Of a stretch of 64,000 nt of DNA, positions 55,191 through 63,478 are shown in pieces (within the stretch, counting starts at the first letter, position 1; each line of letters starts with the position of its first letter). The stretch is from a virus (taxonomy: Duplodnaviria > Heunggongvirae > Uroviricota > Caudoviricetes): positions 37,871 through 101,870 of the IMG/VR virus record IMGVR_UViG_3300045988_154997; one strand, written 5' to 3'. Made by a program: the position numbers and the translations under genes. The notes below the pieces were generated by a model. That model saw only the letters and a list, made by a program, of their open reading frames with translations. It had not been told where the DNA came from and made no database searches.

Positions 55191-55655
55191 ATGAAGTCTC
55201 CCATACTGTTCACTTTCTGTTCTAAAACTATCATGAAATACTCGCTTCTCCCTCTACTAACGTTACCAGTGTTGATGCTTACCGCGTGCCAATCACGCCC
55301 AATATCAATCCATGACGCCAAACCAGCACCGCAGGCCAAAGTGTTCAAGTATCAAAGCGCAGCGCCAGCTACGTTGGTGGTAATGAGAGACACAGGTTTT
55401 GTAGGAGCTGGATGTGATGCTTCCATTTTCATCAACGGCGAAACTGTCGCAAAACTGGCTACAGGCGAAAAAGCGACTTTCCATTTAAATGCCGGAGAAT
55501 TAATTGTGGGTGCATCTCTTGAAGGTGCAGGTTTATGTGCTCTAAACCCCGCTCGTCAAGAGCGAGAAACGACTCTGAAGAATGGAGACACAAAAGCGTT
55601 CAGGGTGTTCACCAGCAATTCTGGTGACATCGACATTCTGCCAACAACTCTGTGA
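55191..55655 (+). CDS. lipoprotein (hypothetical)
   Basis: Signal peptide with lipobox LLTLPVLMLTAC. Confidence 0.5.
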   Translation: MKSPILFTFCSKTIMKYSLLPLLTLPVLMLTACQSRPISIHDAKPAPQAKVFKYQSAAPATLVVMRDTGFVGAGCDASIFINGETVAKLATGEKATFHLNAGELIVGASLEGAGLCALNPARQERETTLKNGDTKAFRVFTSNSGDIDILPTTL

Positions 55656-55659
55656 TGAC

Positions 55660-56184
55660 ATGACAACCAAAGATATTACCTACGGTATCCAAGCTGAACT
55701 CTGGCCGCGAGATTACACTAACGTTGAAAAACTACTGATGTTCTGGCGCAGAGAACAAATTCCTGTAAGGGTCACTCTCGAAGATGGCCAGGCGTTTTGC
55801 ATGTACGTTTATGGCCTCATGCCATCTCGTAACAAAGTTGACCTTTGCCCAGCCCCTTTTGACAAAGAAAATCGTATAAGGCTCCCACTTGAACGCATTA
55901 GTACAATTGAATCAGGTGTGGTTGACAGTATCGCTCACGATTTCAAAGGTCGACTAACAGTTCACCCTGATTATGTCGATAATCGGCCATCACGCCGCGA
56001 TTTTTTTGCAATTTGCAACCAAGCCTACAAAGCAAACAAATCTATAAGGGTGTACATGGCGGATGGCCGTGAAATTGAGGGGGTGTCAGCAGGCGCAGAT
56101 GCTTGTCAGGTTACACTACGTGTCGAGAACGGTAGAAAAATAGTTGTTTTGTTCGATTGGGTTGAACGAATTTTGCCTTTTTGA
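55660..56184 (+). CDS. hypothetical protein
   Basis: Track ORF 55582..56184; in-frame ATG at 55660 (MTTKD) lies just after the upstream stop. Confidence 0.45.
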   Translation: MTTKDITYGIQAELWPRDYTNVEKLLMFWRREQIPVRVTLEDGQAFCMYVYGLMPSRNKVDLCPAPFDKENRIRLPLERISTIESGVVDSIAHDFKGRLTVHPDYVDNRPSRRDFFAICNQAYKANKSIRVYMADGREIEGVSAGADACQVTLRVENGRKIVVLFDWVERILPF

Positions 56185-56187
56185 GTT

Positions 56188-56496
56188 ATGAAATCGATAT
56201 TGTTACCACCATTATTTTTACTTTGCTCAGTTGCGGCAAATGCAATGGACTATAAGCCTGTCATTCAGTCGCTGATGAATGACGTGTGCTCAACGTCTCA
56301 GAATGTATCAGTTTGCATGTATCAATTTTCGGCAGCCGTAAAAGCAGGAAAAGCGATAGGTGAGAATGTGGAACTGTGTAAGAAAGTGGCAAATGAAGAA
56401 CGGGCAATGTTGGATTGCGAATCTAGCGAGTCATCGGCACAGTTCGTTGATGCGCTATTTGACACCAATCGTAAGGCTGTAGATTCTGTTCAATAA
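56188..56496 (+). CDS. secreted hypothetical protein
   Basis: N-terminal signal peptide MKSILLPPLFLLCSVAANA; several Cys. Confidence 0.45.
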   Translation: MKSILLPPLFLLCSVAANAMDYKPVIQSLMNDVCSTSQNVSVCMYQFSAAVKAGKAIGENVELCKKVANEERAMLDCESSESSAQFVDALFDTNRKAVDSVQ

Positions 56497-56508
56497 ATCT
56501 ATAAGGTT

Positions 56509-56540
56509 AATAACCGGCTAAGTCCGGTTATTATTTTTCA
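56509..56540 (+). terminator. rho-independent terminator (AATAACCGG-CTAAGT-CCGGTTATT + T-run)
   Basis: Hairpin followed by ATTTTT, 13 nt after the stop at 56496. Confidence 0.6.
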
Positions 56541-56779
56541 CATCACTTCTTTATATCTACAAATCAAATAACCTAAATATATATAAGGTCTAAAGCCGCA
56601 ATCGATTATTTATTTAGGGAACACCTTCGACGATCTCGCTTTTATTTCTAGGACTTTCATCCCTGCAAAAAATTTAAAAAAAACACTTGCAATCTTTTTT
56701 CGCATATCGATAATTGAACTCGTCGAAAGCGAAGACGCTAACGACAATAAATTTTAAATTTACATAAGGAAAAATTATC

Positions 56780-57430
56780 ATGGCTAACATTATCATTTCT
56801 AAAAAATCCATCATTGAAGCTGCTTCCATTGTATCCGATGAACTGCGCGAAAAAGCAGATCTGGCAACTCAAACATATAACGAACATTATAAAAATGGTA
56901 CGCACACTAAAGCAGACAAAGCAAATATGCAAGCTGCGACCACTAAACTTGCTTACTTCATCAACAACGTCGTAAACGCAGTAGAAGACGAAAAATTATG
57001 CTCTGTTTTCTACTATGCGATTAAAGCAAGCAAACAAGCGCCAGAAGTATTTTTCCGTGATGCAATGACTAATAGTTATTCTCTGGAAAAACTGGTTTAT
57101 CTGGTTAAATCAATTAAATCTGGTAAATGCGTTTATTCCATCGCTGATATGTCTGGATCTCGTGTATTCGCTTTAATCGATATGATTAACGACGAGATCG
57201 ACACGTTCACTAATGGCGCTGTTTTCGATTTAATGAATGAAGCTAAAAAAGCGTGTGAAATTAAATTGGACGCTGGTTATACTCAAGCCAACCAGTTGAT
57301 CAATCTTTGCGAACGTCTTGGACTTGTTGAAAAAGTCAAAGGAGCTGGGAGCGCGAAAGCTGGTACTCAGCAATATCGCTTCATTAAAAATGATTTCTAC
57401 AATTATTTAGCTGATGCTTTCAAAGCGTAA
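56780..57430 (+). CDS. hypothetical protein (AT-rich cassette gene 1)
   Basis: 216 aa ORF with AAGGAAAAA upstream; visibly AT-rich. Confidence 0.5.
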   Translation: MANIIISKKSIIEAASIVSDELREKADLATQTYNEHYKNGTHTKADKANMQAATTKLAYFINNVVNAVEDEKLCSVFYYAIKASKQAPEVFFRDAMTNSYSLEKLVYLVKSIKSGKCVYSIADMSGSRVFALIDMINDEIDTFTNGAVFDLMNEAKKACEIKLDAGYTQANQLINLCERLGLVEKVKGAGSAKAGTQQYRFIKNDFYNYLADAFKA

Positions 57431-57442
57431 TTAATGGAATCA

Positions 57443-57463
57443 AGCGCCCACTATGGGCGCTTT
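57443..57463 (+). terminator. hairpin AGCGCCCA-CTAT-GGGCGCT (weak T-run), duplicate of the 57940-57960 hairpin
   Basis: Identical 21-mer at 57940-57960; sits between gene 1 and gene 2 of the cassette. Confidence 0.4.
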
Positions 57464-57478
57464 AAAGGAGCTTTGAAA

Positions 57479-57682
57479 ATGGTCAGCTATGACAAGATCC
57501 GCGCGGAATATCGCGCAAAGTATCGCGCTTATAAACTAGAATTAATCGATGATTTAATCGCGCAACGCGACCAATTAAATTTTACGTTTTCTGATTTGCT
57601 TAACAGCAAGCGAGATTGCAAGCGCAAACGTGAATACTTACGTTTAAGCGCATTAATCGGAAAACTTCAAAATTCTATTTAA
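57479..57682 (+). CDS. hypothetical protein (AT-rich cassette gene 2)
   Basis: ATG at 57479 with AAGGAG 9 nt upstream; the track start 57434 would place the hairpin inside the ORF. Confidence 0.4.
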   Translation: MVSYDKIRAEYRAKYRAYKLELIDDLIAQRDQLNFTFSDLLNSKRDCKRKREYLRLSALIGKLQNSI

Positions 57683-57702
57683 TTTTTTTAAGGAGCTTAA
57701 TC

Positions 57703-57933
57703 ATGTTTGTTCTTATCGCTGGCGTTAACGTCCATAACGAATATTATGTTAATCGCATCGCTGGGATCGCTGGTTACGCTGGGCGCGCAGTCGAGCTTAT
57801 AGATGAAACGACGCGCAAAATTGACTTATTGAGCGACCAGGAGCGAAAAAAAGCAGACGTGAACGACGCTGATATATTTTTAATGTTAAAAGCGTTTGTA
57901 GAAATGGGATTTAAAATCAGTTTACACAAATAA
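57703..57933 (+). CDS. hypothetical protein (AT-rich cassette gene 3)
   Basis: 76 aa ORF with AAGGAG upstream. Confidence 0.4.
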   Translation: MFVLIAGVNVHNEYYVNRIAGIAGYAGRAVELIDETTRKIDLLSDQERKKADVNDADIFLMLKAFVEMGFKISLHK

Positions 57934-57937
57934 AATC

Positions 57938-57966
57938 GAGCGCCCACTATGGGCGCTTTTTTCGTT
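57938..57966 (+). terminator. rho-independent terminator (GAGCGCCCA-CTAT-GGGCGC + TTTTTT)
   Basis: Strong hairpin with a 6-T run, 5 nt after the stop at 57933. Confidence 0.7.
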
Positions 57967-58420
57967 TCCAATACTCCCACCATAACGCGCCATCATTAGC
58001 ACGTTTTTTATTGTCTTTAACTCACTCCAACAACATAAAAATAAGCGCCAAAATAACGCTATGGACGCGTTTTTATATCCTTACCAGTACATACCCATTA
58101 CTTAACACATTAACGCGCTTAAAACACGTTATATTGCGCTATAGAGTATGGTTAATCATTGGCTTTTAGTCTTGCTTTATGATCCGCGTTTATTTGTCGG
58201 CGCGGATCGGCATTTTGTTTTGTTCCGTATCCGCTCGCGTATTATGTGCGCGTGATTTTTCACATAATCACACCACTTAATCACGTATGTGATTATGCTA
58301 CGAAAGAAAACTGGATGTCTCAGGCGACGAAAGTCATCATAATTTTCCCCGCTCACCTGTCCGACAACCGCTGGTTGGATTCCACCAGCTTCCCGATGTT
58401 TTTTCTACATAAAGGCGAAT
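57967..58420. other. AT-rich non-coding region with short inverted repeats (candidate origin-associated region)
   Basis: No convincing ORF; short IRs (GATCCGCG...CGCGGATC, CATAATCACA...TGTGATTATG); adjacent to iteron-like repeats. Confidence 0.4.
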
Positions 58421-58423
58421 GCA

Positions 58424-58541
58424 GCCGTTTCCCGAAAAAAATCCTGGCCGTTCCCCGTCGGTTCATGAATACGTTCCTCGCCGTTTCTGAAAATTTCCCT
58501 GCGGCAGCTGGTGGCTATAGAGAAAGGGCCGTTTCTGGCCC
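58424..58541. repeat. iteron-like direct repeats, array A (GCCGTTTCCC-type, 4 copies)
   Basis: Copies at 58424, 58447, 58480, 58528; the last lies within a terminator hairpin downstream of the 58551..59033 gene. Confidence 0.5.
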
Positions 58542-58550
58542 TCTTCTCAG

Positions 58551-59033
58551 TTACACGCCATCAAGGATGTGGATGCGGTTGCTTGCGTATACATTCAGCA
58601 TAAAGTTAGCGCAAAACAGTTTCCATGTATCAACGCCAGCGGTATACGTAATGTTTTTGCATTTAATTGCATTGTTGGCGATCCGCATCCCCTGCGATAC
58701 TGCTTCATCGTCGGAAAATTTGAACGACGATTGAGTTTTAATCCAGACAGAAATCTGCGTAGCGAACTCAATCAGCTTGGACTGGCAGAATCGCCCGGAG
58801 CGCACCGGAAAGACGAACGTTCCGAATCCAGAATTTACCACATACGCTTTCTCAAATACCCGCGAGTAACGACGATTGCCAATGATGTCGCGTGCAATAA
58901 TGCATTTTTCTTGTGCTGACAGTTCTACCGTCTCATTGTCGCGCCATGCACCAAGTACTCGTTTTTCAATGTCAGAGAACGTTACAGCGATATTGCCATG
59001 TGCGGGTGCGTTTACAGTAGCGATAAAATTCAT
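58551..59033 (-). CDS. hypothetical protein
   Basis: 160 aa ORF flanked by a promoter-like element upstream and a terminator hairpin downstream. Confidence 0.5.
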   Translation of the reverse strand: MNFIATVNAPAHGNIAVTFSDIEKRVLGAWRDNETVELSAQEKCIIARDIIGNRRYSRVFEKAYVVNSGFGTFVFPVRSGRFCQSKLIEFATQISVWIKTQSSFKFSDDEAVSQGMRIANNAIKCKNITYTAGVDTWKLFCANFMLNVYASNRIHILDGV

Positions 59034-59044
59034 GATTAATTCCT

Positions 59045-59077
59045 TATCGTAAATAACAAATTGTTTTCTTGTTGGTG
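59045..59077. promoter_or_regulatory. conserved promoter/operator element (AACAAATTGTTTTCTTGTTGGTGTTAATTATCG)
   Basis: Best-preserved copy. On the minus strand reads TTAACA-N17-TGTTAT with palindrome AACAATTTGTT in the spacer, then AAGGA and ATG. Confidence 0.5.
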
Positions 59078-59119
59078 TTAATTATCGTTGTACGAATAAG
59101 GCGTCAAAGTGGAAAGTTG

Positions 59120-59208
59120 CGGTAGCCGGACGGGAACAGGTGGGTTTGTCGGTTGCCTGGAGGTAAGAGGTTGGTGTTTTTAGCCTGCGGGAAACAGGAT
59201 GGTCATTT
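59120..59208. repeat. three tandem ~31-bp repeats (CGGTAGCCnGG-N-GAGGTgGG-TTTT family)
   Basis: Same family recurs as two tandem copies at 62295-62357. Confidence 0.5.
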
Positions 59209-59228
59209 AAGGCCATCAATGCTGATGG

Positions 59229-59381
59229 CCTTAATAATTATCGACCGATTACGCTAAGGATCTTTTCCTCAACTGATTTGTTGTTGCGACTAAACTGCCT
59301 TGCGTATCTGATGACAGAAGAGGCGTTTTGCTTTCTGACCATCTCGGCTCTTTCCTTCAGGCGTTTCTTGAAATCGCCCAT
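59229..59381 (-). CDS. small basic protein (50 aa; below the ORF-track cutoff)
   Basis: Hand-translated MGDFKKRLKERAEMVRKQNASSVIRYARQFSRNNKS...; GGTGG upstream of the ATG; hairpin 59201-59224 downstream. Confidence 0.3.
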
Positions 59382-59383
59382 AT

Positions 59384-59758
59384 TTACCACCAGGCGCAGA
59401 AGGTCAGTCTGTTATTGTGAAAGTCGTGGTTCCTGATCAGGTCTTCCACAAGTTTTTTCAGCTTATCCACGTCATGCCAGTAACCTTCGTCGTACTCCTG
59501 ACTGCCGAAGAAAAAACCTTCCCGAGTAGGCAAGTACTCTTCGCAATTGCTTTCGTTTATGTGCATCAAATGAGCTTTCAGAAGACAAATGTCATTCATC
59601 GTTAATTCTAAAAGCTCACAATTTTCGACTTCACCTACGTTGCGCTCCATCCACCCAACGAGCGCATTGAACTTACGGAAGTAAGCAACCTGCTTTCTGG
59701 ATGCCTCGTTATTCAGATCGTTTTTAGGCTGTGTCTCGATATAGATATCAAGTCCCAT
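59384..59758 (-). CDS. hypothetical protein
   Basis: Start placed at MGLDIYIE (59758) with AAGGA 7 nt upstream; the track start 59800 is GTG. Confidence 0.45.
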   Translation of the reverse strand: MGLDIYIETQPKNDLNNEASRKQVAYFRKFNALVGWMERNVGEVENCELLELTMNDICLLKAHLMHINESNCEEYLPTREGFFFGSQEYDEGYWHDVDKLKKLVEDLIRNHDFHNNRLTFCAWW

Positions 59759-59805
59759 GATGGTTTCCTTATTAAGTTGCTTCAGTGAAATCATTTTCAC
59801 AAATC

Positions 59806-59826
59806 AGATAAGGCAGAAAACAAATT
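59806..59826. promoter_or_regulatory. conserved promoter/operator element (GAAAACAAATTGTTATCGGGC)
   Basis: Copy of the AACAAnTTGTT element upstream of the 59384..59758 gene. Confidence 0.4.
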
Positions 59827-59832
59827 GTTATC

Positions 59833-59857
59833 GGGCATAATAAAATGGCGCGGTTTA
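59833..59857. terminator. rho-independent terminator (AAATGGCGCG-GTTTA-CGCGCCATTT), minus strand
   Basis: Perfect hairpin with T-rich tail on the minus strand, downstream of the stop at 59876. Confidence 0.6.
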
Positions 59858-59875
59858 CGCGCCATTTAAAGAGGA

Positions 59876-60271
59876 TTAAGCGAATACGCTTTCAGGGATT
59901 AAGGTGTCGGCAGGAATGCCAGAGGTAATGCGCAGACCGTACTGGCCAATCCAGGTGGTGCTGGTGTTCAGGCTGGAGGCGAATACGGTGTTAACCATAT
60001 TCATCATGGTTTCAAACACCTCTTCATCAACCTGGCGGAAGTAGTTCTCGATTTTCAGCAGCAGCGGGTCAGTTGCATCGAGAATGGACTGGTATTGAGT
60101 CGCGTACTCGCCGCCGGAGGCGTCACCTTTACGCACGATCGTACTGGCCTGGACTTCGGCACCAGTTTCGGTGTTGTACGTAACAACGGTAATTTTTGCC
60201 ACATTCTTACCTTCGGCGGTTTCAGAGGCATAGTAAACATCAACTGTCAGTTTTTCGCGTTTAACGGTCAT
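59876..60271 (-). CDS. hypothetical protein
   Basis: 131 aa ORF between a terminator and an upstream palindromic motif. Confidence 0.5.
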   Translation of the reverse strand: MTVKREKLTVDVYYASETAEGKNVAKITVVTYNTETGAEVQASTIVRKGDASGGEYATQYQSILDATDPLLLKIENYFRQVDEEVFETMMNMVNTVFASSLNTSTTWIGQYGLRITSGIPADTLIPESVFA

Positions 60272-60314
60272 TTCACTCTCCGTAGTGTATTGGTTATTTT
60301 TCTATTCTATGATC

Positions 60315-60330
60315 GTAAGTATGTACTTAC
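60315..60330. promoter_or_regulatory. dispersed motif copy GTAAGTA-tg-TACTTAC
   Basis: Near-perfect palindrome ~45 nt upstream of the 59876..60271 gene start. Confidence 0.4.
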
Positions 60331-60340
60331 AATACAAAAA

Positions 60341-60363
60341 AGCCCCGTAAGGATGGCGGGGCT
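60341..60363. terminator. rho-independent terminator (AGCCCCG-TAAGGATGG-CGGGGCT), minus strand
   Basis: Hairpin followed by TTTTTT on the minus strand, downstream of the stop at 60398. Confidence 0.6.
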
Positions 60364-60397
60364 GTCGTACGGTCGACTAATTACCACTTGCACATTA

Positions 60398-60708
60398 TCA
60401 GGCTATTGCCATCACTGATGCTCTCTGAATCTCTTGCTGGGCCACGCGGTTAACTTCCATCAAAGCCAGTTCGAGCTGATGTTCCGGCCACATTCTTTGA
60501 AATGCCACCCAGCCTTTTCCACGCTGGCGACGAACATTCATTACATAACGAGTAAAGGTGTTTTTATCGAAAGACACCGCTGTTTCACGGAACAGACGAA
60601 TAGAGGTCCCATTGGCAACGATGTCCAGCAAAGTTAATTGAGCAACCAGTGCAGGCTTCTCTTTTCTCTTCTGGTCTTTGTCCAGACCAAGAACCAATGA
60701 TTTTTTCA
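60398..60708 (-). CDS. hypothetical protein
   Basis: Start placed at MKKSLVLG with GGAG 6 nt upstream; the track start 60739 would overlap the promoter element. Confidence 0.45.
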
Positions 60709-60721
60709 TCACAACTCCGTA

Positions 60722-60750
60722 AACAACTTGTTTTCTCAATGGCGTAAATA
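60722..60750. promoter_or_regulatory. conserved promoter/operator element (AACAACTTGTTTTCTCAATGGCGTAAATAAT)
   Basis: Copy of the AACAAnTTGTT element directly upstream of the 60398..60708 gene. Confidence 0.45.
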
Positions 60751-60862
60751 ATACCAGTAAGAAAACGGCTACAAAGCATATTGATCAGGTGCATGAGCTA
60801 TATGCAGGTTCTTCCCTGCGGCTATAGAGAAATTAAGCCAGCAATGCTGGCTTTGGTTGGGG

Positions 60863-61213
60863 TTACTCGAATACTTCAAGAAACTCCTGAACGTCCCAAT
60901 GCTGGACGAGGTGAAGATAGACCTTAGAAATCACGTCATTTTCGCTATCGCATGTGAAGTAGTACTTCTGGCTGCGGTTGTATGTGTCCACACAAAATTC
61001 GCTCATATCCATAAAGTCAGCATCTTCACCCATGTCGCAAATCATCAAAGCAGGTGCGTCATCACGAGTCATCAGCTCAAGCACCCACCGCGAATTGATC
61101 AGAGTGGAAGACCAACCTTCTAACTCATAAAACTGATCAAACTCTTTTTGAGTTAATTTCTTGATTTGGTTGATGTCGATATTTGCAAACATAAAGCAAT
61201 CCTTAAACAACAT
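60863..61213 (-). CDS. hypothetical protein
   Basis: 116 aa acidic ORF; start possibly at the internal MFANIDINQ (61192). Confidence 0.4.
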   Translation of the reverse strand: MLFKDCFMFANIDINQIKKLTQKEFDQFYELEGWSSTLINSRWVLELMTRDDAPALMICDMGEDADFMDMSEFCVDTYNRSQKYYFTCDSENDVISKVYLHLVQHWDVQEFLEVFE

Positions 61214-61236
61214 GTTTTCTTGATGGTGTTATTATC
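61206..61236. promoter_or_regulatory. conserved promoter/operator element (AACAACATGTTTTCTTGATGGTGTTATTATCG)
   Basis: Copy of the element at the 5' end of the 60863..61213 gene. Confidence 0.45.
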
Positions 61237-61555
61237 GCAATAACGCACAGGCGAAAAAGGATTTTATTCCGGTGAATGTGGTTTTGGCAGTGAGTTTTCA
61301 GGTTCAGTACCGAGTACACTTTTTACATTATTCTGATTTAGTGGCCGAAAGTGGCTGGTGGGCAGAATAATCCTCTCCCCGAAAACCTACTGAAATCGAT
61401 TGTGACCCGTTGGCTGTCTGGCACAATTACGCTGTAGCTGGGCATTCAGAGGGAATCCAGCGGTAAGCAAGTCCGCCTGCACGTGAGCGCCTCTCTTCTT
61501 CCCGCACATTACAGGTGGGTAGCCGCAACTCTCCCTCTCGCTATACCGGTACGCC

Positions 61556-61690
61556 GCCGTTCCTGAACCGGCATCGAGCCTTTTCCCGAAATCCACACAG
61601 GCAACTCGACCGTTTCCCTGAAAACCTCCAGCCGTACCCCGAAGGCAACCCAGCCGTTTCTGTAGCGGGATGCAGCCTTTTCCCTGTATG
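61556..61690. repeat. iteron-like direct repeats, array B (6 copies of GCCGTTTCCCTG-type 10-mer at ~22-bp spacing)
   Basis: Copies start at 61556, 61578, 61609, 61631, 61653, 61675; spacing 22 bp (one 31-bp gap). Confidence 0.6.
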
Positions 61691-61899
61691 GACCGAAGGC
61701 TGACCGTAGGGGTGTTACGGGGGATAAAATCAGGAGTTGAATAAATACGAAAAAGGAGGCGACACCCCTCCTTCCCTCCCGACTTATACATACCTGGCTT
61801 CTTCGCTATACATGTTGTGTTTTCTTCGTGTTTTATCTGTTTCAACCTCTCTATAGGCGTTAATGCTCACTCCTTCCAGAACGTTCTATACGGCGACTA

Positions 61900-62520
61900 T
61901 TTCTGTTGGTGAATTGGGTGTGTTGTTTTCTCTGTCGGTGTATGTGGTTTCGTTAGTTTTGCGGTGGTTCTTCTATGGGGTGTTCTCGTCGTTTTGGTGA
62001 TTGTTCTTCTCCGTCTATGGAGTAATGGCAGGTGGGCGATTGCTTTCGTTATTGTGTTTGAGTTGTTTGTCTGGAGTGTGTGAAAGGCTTTTGTAGTTAT
62101 TCGTGTATTGGGTAATGGCGTTTCCCGTGATTGTTATGTTTCGTGTCTTTTGGGATTGAGAGAAACCTTGCGGTTACAGGCTTCGTTGGGGTTTCAGTGA
62201 TTCTGGTGTTTCTTCGCTGTTTGGGTAATGGCGTGTCGTGGGTATCGCGCGTATGAATGTTTTCGGATTGCCTGTGAAAGTTAGGTTGGTTGTCCGGTAG
62301 CCTGGGGAGAAGAGGTGGGTCTTTTCGGTAGCCTGCCATAAAGAGGTTGGCTGTTTTGGGTAATGGCATATGTGTTATTTAGTTGTTTTGTTATGCCTGA
62401 AAATAAGTTGTTTATATGTTTGTGTAACGCAACGGGAACGATTTTGAGCGTGTGTTTTTGTTGGTAGTGTGTTGGGTCGTCTGTGGTGAAAATTGGACGC
62501 TGTGGCGCTGTCTGCTGCGT
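61900..62520. repeat. G+T-rich strand-biased non-coding region with internal repeats
   Basis: Plus strand almost only G and T; GGGTAATGGC recurs at ~62111, ~62223, ~62359; two tandem 31-bp repeats at 62295-62357; no credible ORF. Confidence 0.5.
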
Positions 62521-62756
62521 AGAATTACGGGTATAAGCAGTGATGTGTGAAAACGTCAATTTTTTAGACCAAATCGGGTGAAAGCGTTGATGTTTCGTTG
62601 ATCTGTTATTCAGTTGTTTTCTTGATTGTATAAACAACTATAACTTATTGATATTTAAGGATGTGATTGCGGGTATGGAAGGAGAGTAGTGGCGATCAAC
62701 GGATTCTTATAGAAAAGAATCAAATTGTGACCGCCATTATCAATGAGTTGCAACCG

Positions 62757-63326
62757 TTAGTTGTTCAGATAAACATTTGGAACACGGACGTAGAAGTTCC
62801 TGTCGCCGGTAAGTTCCAGAGTAATGTTAATGTCATTACCATTGTCTAGTGTAGCCGTTGCTCTATAGAACTTATCCGTCACCTTGTCCTCTATTGTCAC
62901 CTTCATACATTTTGGTGCAGTCGAACCGTTATTCTCTTTCAGAATAGTTGTCACGAGAGGGCAGGCTGCTTCTTCAAGAGCAACCTCGTCCTTGTGTGGG
63001 ATGCCGATGAAGATAATCCAAGCCAGCGACGCAACGATTATGATAAATGGCACTCTGCTGCCTTTTGTAATAGTCGCGCGCTTCCAGAGATAGACAGGCA
63101 GGAGGAATACCCCCCATAGAATTGAAGGTGGTTCACAGCCAGACTCCGATAGAGCCATTCTGTCAGCTACTAACAAACCGATGGTAGTTACACCCCCAAT
63201 TATAATAGCGTAATTGGTATACTCTTCCGGCGATACTCCAAAGAAGAAAGGCATGAACGCTAGAATCCACGCATAAATGTTATTCAGAGGTTTTGTTTGT
63301 TGGTTCTGGGTTTCCATCACATCCAT
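62757..63326 (-). CDS. membrane protein (hypothetical)
   Basis: 189 aa with several hydrophobic segments (IYAWILAFMPFFFGV, IIIGGVTTIGLLV, ILWGVFLLPVYLW, FIIIVASLAWIIFIGI). Confidence 0.5.
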   Translation of the reverse strand: MDVMETQNQQTKPLNNIYAWILAFMPFFFGVSPEEYTNYAIIIGGVTTIGLLVADRMALSESGCEPPSILWGVFLLPVYLWKRATITKGSRVPFIIIVASLAWIIFIGIPHKDEVALEEAACPLVTTILKENNGSTAPKCMKVTIEDKVTDKFYRATATLDNGNDINITLELTGDRNFYVRVPNVYLNN

Positions 63327-63478
63327 TCCATCACATAAAAATCGCGTTTATATATTATCAATTTTCTCACTTGTATAACCTAAATACGCATCCGTTTATC
63401 AATCCACCTTCCACAAACATCAGCGTTAGCTATGAAAAATAACAATCTCAAAGTGAAAACCATTATCATAGGAAACGA

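Noticed and set aside
58246-58734. Plus-strand ORF of 162 aa
   Set aside because: It spans the AT-rich region and iteron array A and overlaps the minus-strand gene 58551..59033, which has its own promoter-like element and terminator; no RBS seen.
58506-61360. Chi-like octamers GCTGGTGG at 58506-58513 and 61353-61360
   Set aside because: Two occurrences in 64 kb are within chance expectation; no orientation or clustering argument can be made from this window.
61387-61845. Minus-strand ORF of 152 aa over iteron array B
   Set aside because: The translation is Gly/Arg/Pro-rich and the DNA is a regular 22-bp repeat array; repeats explain it better than coding.
62097-62637. Minus-strand ORFs 62097..62369 and 62281..62637
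   Set aside because: They lie in the G+T-rich strand-biased region; the translations are low-complexity (Pro/Thr/His/Gln/Lys-rich) with no start context.
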